In this document: positions 43,601-55,600 of the stretch, piece after piece
Position numbering within the stretch: position 1 is the stretch's first letter
Layout of the letters: every line of letters begins with the position of its first letter
Assembly (NCBI GenBank): GCA_964016885.1
Contig: OZ024740.1
Span: forward strand, 31,496,001-31,560,000
DNA length: 64,000 bases
From: Eledone cirrhosa
Taxonomy: Eukaryota
Direction of reading: 5' to 3'
Notes under the pieces: model-generated
The model's input: the letters and a program-made list of their open reading frames with translations, nothing else
Told to the model about the DNA's origin: nothing
Databases searched by the model: none
Made by a program: the position numbers and the translations under genes

Positions 43601-46600
43601 ATGACTAAAAGCACCCAGCACACACTGTAAAGTGGTTGTGTAGGTGTCATGACAAAAAGCACCCAGCACACACTGTAAAGTGGTTGTGTAGGTCTCATGA
43701 CAAAAAGCACCCAGCACACACTGTAAAGTGGTTGTGTAGGTGTCATGGCAAAAAGCACCCAGCACACACTGTAAAGTGGTTGTGTAGGTGTCATGACAAA
43801 AAGCACCCACCACACACTGTAAAGTGGTTGTGTAGGTGTCATGACTAAAAGCACCCAGCACACACTGTAAAGTGGTTGTGTAGGTGTCATTACTAAAATC
43901 ACCCAGTCCACACTGTAAAGTGGTTGTGTAGGTGTCATGACAAAAAGCACCCAGCACACACTGTAAAGTGGTTGTGTAGGTGTCATGACAAAAAGCACCC
44001 AGCACACACTGTAAAGTGGTTGTGTAGGTGTCATGACTAAAAGCACCCAGCACACACTGTAAAGTGGTTGTGTAGGTGTCATGGCAAAAAGCACCCAGCA
44101 CACACTGTAAAGTGGTTGTGTAGGTGTCATGCAAAAAGCACCCAGCACACACTGTAAATGTGGTTGTGTAGGTGTCATGACAAAAAGCACCCAGCACACA
44201 CTGTAAAGTGGTTGTGTAGGTGTCATGACTAAAAGCACCCAGCACACACTGTAAAGTGGTTGTGTAGGTGTCATGACAAAAAGCACCCAGCACACACTGT
44301 AAAGTGGTTGTGTAGGTGTCATGACAAAAAGCACCCAGCACACACTGTAAAGTGGTTGTGTAGGTGTCATGACAAAAAGCACCCAGCACACACTGTAAAG
44401 TGGTTGTGTAGGTGTCATGACTAAAAGCACCCAGCACACACTGTAAAGTGGTTGTGTAGGTGTCATGACAAAAAGCACCCAGTCCACACTGTAAAGTGGT
44501 TGTGTAGGTGTCATGACAAAAAGCACCCAGCACACACTGTAAAGTGGTTGTGTAGGTGTCATGACAAAAAGCACCCAGCACACACTGTAAAGTGGTTGTG
44601 TAGGTGTCATGACTAAAAGCACCCAGCACACACTGTAAAGTGGTTGTGTAGGTGTCATGACAAAAAGCACCCAGCACACACTGTAAAGTGGTTGTGTGGG
44701 TGTCATGACAAAAAGCACCCAGCACACACTGTAAAGTGGTTGTGTAGGTGTCATGACAAAAAGCACCCAGCACACACTGTAAAGTGGTTGTGTAGGTGTC
44801 ATGACAAAAAGCACCCAGCACACACTGTAAAGTGGTTGTGTAGGTGTCATGACTAAAAGCACCCAGCACACACTGTAAAGTGGTTGTGTAGGTGTCATGA
44901 CTAAAAGCACCCAGCACACACTGTAAAGTGGTTGTGTAGGTGTCATAACAAAAAGCACCCAGCACACACTGTAAAGTGGTTGTGTAGGTGTCATGACTAA
45001 AAGCACCCAGTCCACACTGTAAAGTGGTTGTGTAGGTGTCATGACTAAAAGCACCCAGTCCACACTGTAAAGTGGTTGTGTAGGTGTCATGACAAAAAGC
45101 ACCCAGCACACACTGTAAAGTGGTTGTGTAGGTGTCATGACAAAAAGCACCCAGCACACACTGTAAAGTGGTTGTGTAGGTGTCATGACTAAAAGCACCC
45201 AGTCCACACTGTAAAGTGGTTGTGTAGGTGTCATGACTAAAAGCACCCAGCACACACTGTAAAGTGGTTGTGTAGGTGTCATGACAAAAAGCACCCAGCA
45301 CACACTGTAAAGTGGTTGTGTAGGTGTCATGACTAAAAGCACCCAGTCCACACTGTAAAGTGGTTGTGTAGGTGTCATGACTAAAAGCACCCAGTCCACA
45401 CTGTAAAGTGGTTGTGTAGGTGTCATGACTAAAAGCACCCAGCACACACTGTAAAGTGGTTGTGTAGGTGTCATGACTAAAAGCACCCAGTCCACACTGT
45501 AAAGTGGTTGTGTAGGTGTCATGACTAAAAGCACCCAGTCCACACTGTAAAGTGGTTGTGTAGGTGTCATGACTAAAAGCACCCAGCACACACTGTAAAG
45601 TGGTTGTGTAGGTGTCATGACTAAAAGCACCCAGTCCACACTGTAAAGTGGTTGTGTAGGTGTCATGACTAAAAGCACCCAGCACACACTGTAAAGTGGT
45701 TGTGTAGGTGTCATGACTAAAAGCACCCAGCACACACTGTAAAGTGGTTGTGTAGGTGTCATGACTAAAAGCACCCAGCACACACTGTAAAGTGGTTGTG
45801 TAGGTGTCATGACAAAAAGCACCCAGCACACACTGTAAAGTGGTTGTGTAGGTGTCATGACTAAAAGCACCCAGCACACACTGTAAAGTGGTTGTGTAGG
45901 TGTCATGACAAAAAGCACCCAGCACACACTGTAAAGTGGTTGTGTAGGTGTCATGACAAAAAGCACCCAGTCCACACTGTAAAGTGGTTGTGTAGGTGTC
46001 ATGACAAAAAGCACCCAGCATACACTGTAAAGTGGTTGTGTAGGTGTCATGACTAAAAGCACCCAGTCCACACTGTAAAGTGGTTGTGTAGGTGTCATGA
46101 CTAAAAGCACCCAGCACACACTGTAAAGTGGTTGTGTAGGTGTCATGACTAAAAGCACCCAGTCCACACTGTAAAGTGGTTGTGTAGGTGTCATGACAAA
46201 AAGCACCCAGCACACACTGTAAAGTGGTTGTGTAGGTGTCATGACAAAAAGCACCCAGTCCACACTGTAAAGTGGTTGTGTAGGTGTCATGACTAAAAGC
46301 ACCCAGCACACACTGTAAAGTGGTTGTGTAGGTGTCATGACTAAAAGCACCCAGCACACACTGTAAAGTGGTTGTGTAGGTGTCATGACAAAAAGCACCC
46401 AGCACACACTGTAAAGTGGTTGTGTAGGTGTCATGACTAAAAGCACCCAGCACACACTGTAAAGTGGTTGTGTAGGTGTCATGACTAAAAGCACCCAGTC
46501 CACACTGTAAAGTGGTTGTGTAGGTGTCATGACAAAAAGCACCCAGCACACACTGTAAAGTGGTTGTGTAGGTGTCATGACTAAAAGCACCCAGTCCACA

Positions 46601-49600
46601 CTGTAAAGTGGTTGTGTAGGTGTCATGACTAAAAGCACCCAGCACACACTGTAAAGTGGTTGTGTAGGTGTCATGACTAAAAGCACCCAGCACACACTGT
46701 AAAGTGGTTGTGTAGGTGTCATGACTAAAAGCACCCAGCACACACTGTAAAGTGGTTGTGTAGGTGTCATGACTAAAAGCACCCAGTCCACACTGTAAAG
46801 TGGTTGTGTAGGTGTCATGACTAAAAGCACCCAGCACACACTGTAAAGTGGTTGTGTAGGTGTCATGACTAAAAGCACCCAGTCCACACTGTAAAGTGGT
46901 TGTGTAGGTGTCATGACAAAAAGCACCCAGCACACACTGTAAAGTGGTTGTGTAGGTGTCATGACTAAAAGCACCCAGCACACACTGTAAAGTGGTTGTG
47001 TAGGTGTCATGACTAAAAGCACCCAGTCCACACTGTAAAGTGGTTGTGTAGGTGTCATGACAAAAAGCACCCAGCACACACTGTAAAGTGGTTGTGTAGG
47101 TGTCATGACTAAAAGCACCCAGTCCACACTGTAAAGTGGTTGTGTAGGTGTCATGACTAAAAGCACCCAGCACACACTGTAAAGTGGTTGTGTAGGTGTC
47201 ATGACAAAAAGCACCCAGTCCACACTGTAAAGTGGTTGTGTAGGTGTCATGACAAAAAGCACCCAGCACACACTGTAAAGTGGTTGTGTAGGTGTCATGA
47301 CTAAAAACACCCAGCACACACTGTAAAGTGGTTGTGTAGGTGTCATGACAAAAAGCACCCAGTCCACACTGTAAAGTGGTTGTGTAGGTGTCATTACTAA
47401 AATCACCCAGCACACACTGTAAAGTGGTTGTGTAGGTGTCATGGCAAAAAGCACCCAGCACACACTGTAAAGTGGTTGTGTAGGTGTCATGACAAAAAGC
47501 ACCCAGCACACACTGTAAAGTGGTTGTGTAGGTGTCATTACTAAAATCACCCAGTCCACACTGTAAAGTGGTTGTGTAGGTGTCATGACAAAAAGCACCC
47601 AGCACACACTGTAAAGTGGTTGTGTAGGTGTCATGACTAAAAGCACCCAGTCCACACTGTAAAGTGGTTGTGTAGGTGTCATGACTAAAAGCACCCAGCA
47701 CACACTGTAAAGTGGTTGTGTAGGTGTCATTACTAAAATCACCCAGCACACACTGTAAAGTGGTTGTGTAGGTGTCATGACTAAAAGCACCCAGCACACA
47801 CTGTAAAGTGGTTGTGTAGGTGTCATGACAAAAAGCACCCAGCACACACTGTAAAGTGGTTGTGTAGGTGTCATGACAAAAAGCACCCAGCACACACTGT
47901 AAAGTGGTTGTGTAGGTGTCATGGCAAAAAGCACCCAGCACACACTGTAAAGTGGTTGTGTAGGTGTCATGACAAAAAGCACCCAGCACACACTGTAAAG
48001 TGGTTGTGTAGGTGTCATGACAAAAAGCACCCAGCACACACTGTAAAGTGGTTGTGTAGGTGTCATGACAAAAAGCACCCAGCACACACTGTAAAGTGGT
48101 TGTGTAGGTGTCATGACTAAAAGCAACCCAGCACACACTGTAAAGTGGTTGTGTAGGTGTCATGACAAAAAGCACCCAGCACACACTGTAAAGTGGTTGT
48201 GTAGGTGTCATGACTAAAAACACCCAGTCCACACTGTAAAGTGGTTATGTAGGTGTCATGACTAAAAGCACCCAGCACACACTGTAAAGTGGTTGTGTAG
48301 GTGTCATGCTAAAAAGCACCCAGCACACACTGTAAAGTGTTGTGTAGTGTCATGACTAAAAGCACCCAGCACACACTGTAAAGTGGTTGTGTAGGTGTCA
48401 TGACTAAAAAGCACCCAGCACACACTGTAAAGTGGTTGTGTAGGTGTCATGACTAAAAGCACCCAGCACACACTGTAAAGTGGTTGTGTAGGTGTCATGA
48501 CAAAAAGCACCCAGCACACACTGTAAAGTGGTTGTGTAGGTGTCATGACTAAAAAGCACCCAGCACACACTGTAAAGTGGTTGTGTAGGTGTCATGACAA
48601 AAAGCACCCAGCACACACTGTAAAGTGGTTGTGTAGGTGTCATGACTAAAAGCACCCAGCACACACTGTAAACTGGTTGTGTAGGTGTCATGACAAAAAG
48701 CACCCAGCACACACTGTAAAGTGGTTGTGTAGGTGTCATGACAAAAAAGCACCCAGCACACACTGTAAAGTGGTTGTGTAGGTGTCATGACTAAAAGCAC
48801 CCAGCACACCACTGTAAAGTGGTTGTGTAGGTGTCATGACTAAAAAGCACCCAGCACACACTGTAAAGTGGTTGTGTAGGTGTCATGACTAAAAGCACCC
48901 AGCACACACTGTAAAGTGGTTGTGTAGGTGTCATGACTAAAAGCACCCAGTCCCACACTGTAAAGTGGTTGTGTAGGTGTCATGACAAAAAGCACCCAGT
49001 CCACACTGTAAATGTGGTTATGTAGGTGTCATGACAAAAAGCACCCAGTCCACACTGTAAATGTGGTTGTGTAGGTGTCATGACAAAAAGCACCCAGTCC
49101 ACACTGTAAATGTGGTTGGCATTAGGAAGGGCATCCAGCCATAGAAATCTAGTCAGAAACAGTCCTATAATAGCAAGACATGGTCACCTGACCCAACTGG
49201 CCTCTAATGGGACAACCTGTCTAACCCATGCTACCATGAAAAATGGACGTTAAATGATGGTGATGATGAGGAGGAGTTGGTACTCTACTGAATCAACTGT
49301 GGAACATTACAGGTACTGATGTTTGTTTAATCGGCTTTGGGAGATAAAAGGTAAAATATGTTTGGTTTGGTATGATAACTTGACAGTTTCCCTTAACCCT
49401 TTAGCATTCACATTACTCTATATTCACTATTGTATTTTCGCAGTAAATGTTTTATCTTACATAATATCGAATCTATGTGATTTTGATATTATTTATTTTG
49501 AGAACAATACCTTAACATTGGTATAAGTGGTTAGTTAGGACCGATTTGAACAGAAAGAGGTGAGAAAATTCTGGCTGGATATGGCCGGTTTAAATGCTAA

Positions 49601-52600
49601 AGGGTTNNNNNNNNNNNNNNNNNNNNNNNNNNNNNNNNNNNNNNNNNNNNNNNNNNNNNNNNNNNNNNNNNNNNNNNNNNNNNNNNNNNNNNNNNNNNNN
49701 NNNNNNNNNNNNNNNNNNNNNNNNNNNNNNNNNNNNNNNNNNNNNNNNNNNNNNNNNNNNNNNNNNNNNNNNNNNNNNNNNNNNNNNNNNNNNNNNNNNN
49801 NNNNNNTTTATCCTGATTCTTTGCTATGATCATTGTAGCAACTGGCTGTTTTACAGCTGTTCCCACGTTTGAGATTCCTACAATTTTATGAAATATCTTT
49901 GATTAAATTTTTTATACTGTTATTTTTAATTACTGTGTATACTTGTAGATAAGTCAGTTTTTTTACTAAAAAAAAAAAAAAAAATAGTCCCCAAAAACTA
50001 CATGTAACCTATCTACTAAACCTTGTCCTCGAATTGAAATATTAAATAATTGTTTCTATTTTTGGCACAAGGCCAGCAATTACTCAGTACATTACTGGTA
50101 AATGAAGCCAAAATATAAACACAAAGGGAGTGAATTATATACAATTATCAAATTACTTTTCATGAAACAATTTGCATCAAATCATTTTTACTCAACCAAT
50201 CTTTCTTTAAACAAATTTTCATCAAATGATTTTTTATCCATTGACATTTCATCTAAGGATAATTCATCAAACGAATTTTCATAAATCAGCATTTTATTGA
50301 AACAACATTGTATTGGAATTACTTTTTATTGAATGTCTTTTCATCAAACAGCTTCCTTTTTTATCAACCATGCTTTTTATTAAATCTATTTCATAGAATA
50401 ATTTTGTATATTTGGTAATTCTTGTAGAATAATTTTAAATATGGAATAATTTTGGATATAAAATAATTATTGATATAAAATAAAAACAGAATTATCTCTC
50501 AGAAAAATATTTTTCAACAAAATAATATATTTACAAAATTATTTTGTGAAAAGTTTTGATGCAAAATTGTATCAATAAAACGTTATTTAGATGAAATGTA
50601 ATTTAAATAATTTATACAAAGTCATTTCAATAAACGGTCATTCAATAAAAAGTGGTTTTGATGAAAAGTTTTTTGATAAAAGACATGGTGCTATTTAAGT
50701 TATGAATATAGGGCTAACTCTTATACCCCTAATTATAATTACTATAATACTAATAATTATTAGTATTATAAATATAATGCACAAGTAGCAGCAAGTGCCC
50801 ACAAAATACTAGCTCTTTCAACTGCGCAGAGGGTTCTATAGAAATAGTGGACAGCTTCCGTTACCTGGGTGACAAAATCAGCAGTGGGGGAGGGTGCTCT
50901 GAAGGTACTGTAGCTAGAGTCAGAACTGGATGGAAAAAGTTCAGAGAGCTTATACCGCTATTAGCCGCTAAAGGGTTCTCCCTAAAAATGAAAGGCAGGT
51001 TGTACGATGCCTGCATACGAACAGCAATGTTGCATGGCAGTGAGACCTGGGCATTGTGTGCAGAGGATATACGCAGACTAGAGAGGAACGAAGCTTGCAT
51101 GCTCCGCTGGATGTGTAATAGTAATATACGTGAACGGCAAAGCATAAACGAACTAAGGAAAAAATTAGAAATAAGAGGGATCAGATGTTGTTTACTCGAG
51201 AGAAGGCTACGTTGGTATGGTTACGTGATGCGCATGAAGGACGATAGCTGTATAACAAAGTGCAGGGCAATAAAGATAGACGGTAGCCACGGAATAGGCA
51301 GACCCAGGAAAACCTGGGACGAGCTGATAAATTCCGACCTCACACACTTACACCTCATCAAGACAATGTCACTGGACCGAGACCTTTGGCGGTACTCAGT
51401 AATAGAGAAGACCCGCCTTACCTAAGTACAAAGTAAAACCTACTACAGTCAGTAGGCATCTCTAACAAAATACACCCCCGTCCCACCCACCCCACCCCAT
51501 CCACACCGCCCCTTTCAATGTAAAGTTATGTTGGTGCCACAACATCCAGGCCGAAACAAATGAGATCGTGTAGGTGTCACGTCAAAAAACACACAGTTCA
51601 CGCTGTAATGTGGCCGTGTAGGCAACACGGTAAAAACCTCCCAGCCCCACACTGTAAATGTGGTTGGTGTTAGGAAGGGCATCCAGCTGTAGAAAACCCG
51701 CCAGATAGTCCTATGCGAGCAAGATAACCACTCTTGCCTCAAGTGGGAAAACCCTCCGTCCAAACCCATGCAAGCGTGGAACACGGACGTTAAACGATGA
51801 TGATGATGATGATGATATCATTCCCAATACTGGCAGGATCTTTCTTTTCTTCATTCATAATACAAATAGACTGTTTAACTCTTTTATGACCATGTTTTAA
51901 TGAAATATATTTTATTTCAATTAATTAATGAATAATTTTGAGAGATTTACAAAAATTATTCATTATTTCATTACAAAGATAGTAATTAACATATGTTTCT
52001 TATATAAAAATATGCTGGAATATTTTAATTTAACTAGAAACCCTTTAAAAGAACTGGTTTGTTTCATAGAACCAGAGCTGATTTTGACCGTGTTGGTATC
52101 ATAAGAGTTAATATCTTTCTAATTCACCTTGTTAAATATATTTACTTAAAAATAACTTCGGGTGGTTATCTGCTAGCATGTGTAGTGTGCATATTGATAT
52201 TATACACAAGTATATATGCATGAAGATATGATACATCAAATAAAATCATAATTGGCAATATACACAAAAATTGAACAAAGACTACGTTACACTGTCTTCT
52301 GTAATCAGTAACATAATCCATGATACATTAAAAAAAGACGATATTATATATAAACTGCATTAGGAGAAAATTAGTGACGGAAATATATGAATGTTTATTT
52401 AAGCGATCGCTAACCGGAAGTGTTGACATTTGAAGATTTTAAAGAAGTGAATCTTAAAATAAGCAACAAAATTATTTATAATCAAGAATTACGAAAATTA
52501 GTAGATAAATTATGTAATATTCATTCATTATTTATTCAAAATAATCCAACTTATTTTACAAACAGGATAAAAAAAATATATTCTGGACACAGTCCCGCAC

Positions 52601-55600
52601 TCCTTACTTTATTATAGTTTAGATTCTTTATCTTTTAATCATGTCTTTTTTTAGTGCTGTATTTTGATTCTGTTACATCAAAATCTTGAAGTTTATCCAG
52701 ACAAACATATATTTATTAACCAAAAGTGTCAAACCCCAGTGTTTTCCAATGCCTTATACTCAGCTCCCAATTCAGGTAATACTTATTATATCACTAAAAC
52801 TATGTTTACTGTAATATTTACTTCACTTTTGACACTGTAGTTGAAGAGTGTTTTGCTACAATTGTAACAGTTGTACAGTATTGTATTATTGGTCTGTTAT
52901 GAGGGTGGTGGGTTGGCTGAGTCATTAGGGATGTCAGATAAAATGCTTTGTGTGATTTGCTTCAGCTCTTAATGTTCTGAGTTCAAATCCTGCCACGGTC
53001 AACTTTGCTTTTCATTATTCTAGAGTTGATAAAATAAGTACCAGGTAAGTACTGGGGTCAATATAATCTAGTTTTCCATTCTCCTAAATGGCTGGCCTTG
53101 TGACAATGTTAGAAAGAATTATTATTGGTCTGTTATATCTGAAATCCATTAAATTGGAGTCTGTTTAACCAAAGGGGGGTTTAATATATATGTTAGTCAA
53201 TTACAAGACTTGTAAAGTGAATTAATTTGTTTGTTAATTGATTTATGCCAGAAATAAATTGTTAATTTGTTGTTGTTTTCAGAACAATTTGAATCAGCAT
53301 GTAGGTGTCTAAAAGGTCTATGCAGTGGAATTAACAAGTCTGTTATGTTTATGAATGCATGTGCTGAGAAAAGATACATGGTAAGTTGTTGATTGTAATT
53401 ATCTCTGATAATATTATTAACAGCAACAGTATCATTACATACTTCATAACATATTTCGAAGTCACTTTACTCATAACAAAATGTCACTAAGAAGCAGTTA
53501 CCTCCAGCATTAACCTCTATAACTTCCATGTGTCTAACACATGTGGGCATGCCTACAAAGTCAGAAAACAGCACAGTTCCCATGACTTTAGGAAACAATT
53601 TTTCACACTCAGAGTTGCTGAAGCATGGAACAAACTACCTGCATCAGTTGTTAGCTGTCGAGACACTGAATCCTTTAAAACCTCCATGCTTCCTGAGATT
53701 CGCCAACACTACACCTGATATTCCCCCTCCATACACATGCACACATGTATATCATGACTCATACACTATTCACTTCCCTGACATTTGTATATTATTCTAT
53801 GTACTATACATGCACCTTTGATGAGTTGTAGTGCACCTGAGCACTGTACACAATAATTTCATTATTATTATTATAACTGTTTCTCAAAGCGGTGTTAAAA
53901 TTTGATAAAAATTATTTTCTCCTTTTTGTTGCCCCATCTGGGTTGAAACAGATTGGCAGCTAGTTCTCATCCTTTTACAGTTGAAGTTCCTAAATGCAAT
54001 TGCAAATTCTTTTCTGATAGTATCTTCCCTCATACATCTCACCTATGGAATTCTCTTCCAGCTTCTTGCTTTCTTGGCTACTACAATTTACAAAAATTCA
54101 AAACAACATCAATTGTTATCTTCTCTCTCCTTGAATTATGTTCTCTCTATCATCTTTCTCCCTTTTCAGTAATTCCTTGCATTTTAGTGGATTTATTGCC
54201 TTACTTAGAGGGAGCAAGAAAAATACAACAACTACCATTCTAAAGAGGAAGGATACATTGGGCAGGTGTCATCATAGATATTCAAAAAGATGAGATAGTC
54301 ATGGATGGAATGCCTTTGTTTATAGGTCTGCTCAGTCAAAGCTAGCCAAGGACTAAACAACAATAATTATTTAACATCAAGTGGTGCTAGTTGTGGGGTT
54401 GGTGATGATTGATGACAATAATAACGGTTTCTACTTTTGGCACATTTATCCCAGTGTATTACTGGTACCTTATTTTATCGACCCCCGTAAGGATGAAAGG
54501 CAAAGATAACAGTGGCAGGGTTTGAACTCGGACCATAAACGGCTGAAACTCTATGCTGCAAAGTATGGCGTCAGACCCTCTACCGATACTGCCAATCCAC
54601 CGCACATGACAATAATAAGAACAACCATACAATATGACGTAAACAGACATCAGCTGGAAGGAAATTCTAATATTTTGTCATCAAACAAAGGCCTCTCTAA
54701 CTACCTTTCTTAGTTAGGTGGATAAAATATCTTATGGCATTTGTTTCAACCCTCAGTACTATTTGTTCAAGTCCTGCAAAGGTCAACTTTACTTTGATCC
54801 TTTAGAATTTGATGAAATAAAACACCAGTTTAGGGAAGGGGATTAGCGAGATTTGTGTTTTGAATTCAAATTCAGCTGTAGCCTACTTGAGTGGTAAGTT
54901 TGTTGCAAGCTACTTTCCTTTGGTGCATTGATAAGCTGTTCATGTGTGATTTGGCTAAGTCAGGCCAATCGTGAGCCGCGCACAGATATGTATTTTCAAC
55001 TTCCGCCCAAACTGAGACTTTCCCGCTCCTTTCAATAAACTCGATCTCTTGTTGCTTCAACTGTGGAAAGGTAAACAACCATTTTTCTTTTGTCGTGAAA
55101 TCACTAGCCAATATGTAACACTACAACATAATTGCGGCCTTGGCTAACACCTCATCCAGTGGACCGTGCCTTCTGAAATCTTAATTTGTTTGTTTCATTT
55201 GTTTGGCATGTCAGCTCAATCCAGCTCAACCTTTGTAAATAAATGATGTAAAAACATTGTAAAGTCTTGTGGTGCTATTTACCACAGCCATGCCTTTAAA
55301 TGTGATATGGAAAGATTCCTTCCAGAGTTATTATCACAGCAGCAACAGAACCTGAGACTTAAGCCGAACCTCAATTCAACTAATATTTATTGATATAACA
55401 AACCATACCTTTCCTGTTACAACAAACTACATATTGTTGTTGATATTATTATTACATGACATAATAGTATTTAACAGCTAAACTGGTGACTATTAAATGT
55501 CTGCTATATTGGTGACCTCTGTTGATACATATAATACAAGATACAAATACAAATATCTTTATTAATCTTATTGCTAGAAGTTAATCTATCACCCAATCTA

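Noticed and set aside
27061-48812. Giant ORFs (6627, 3757, 1894, 1370 aa) as real repeat proteins
   Set aside because: They follow from a 48-bp stop-free unit, overlap in two frames, have no unique termini, and derive from a non-coding LINE UTR in an intron.
27107-49117. CRISPR array
   Set aside because: No unique spacers, no cas genes, eukaryotic context.
27107-49117. Hundreds of TAG|GT motifs as recursive splice sites
   Set aside because: No polypyrimidine tract and a weak donor (gtgtca); no support without nascent-RNA data.
49560-49872. ORFs spanning Ns
   Set aside because: Gap artefacts.
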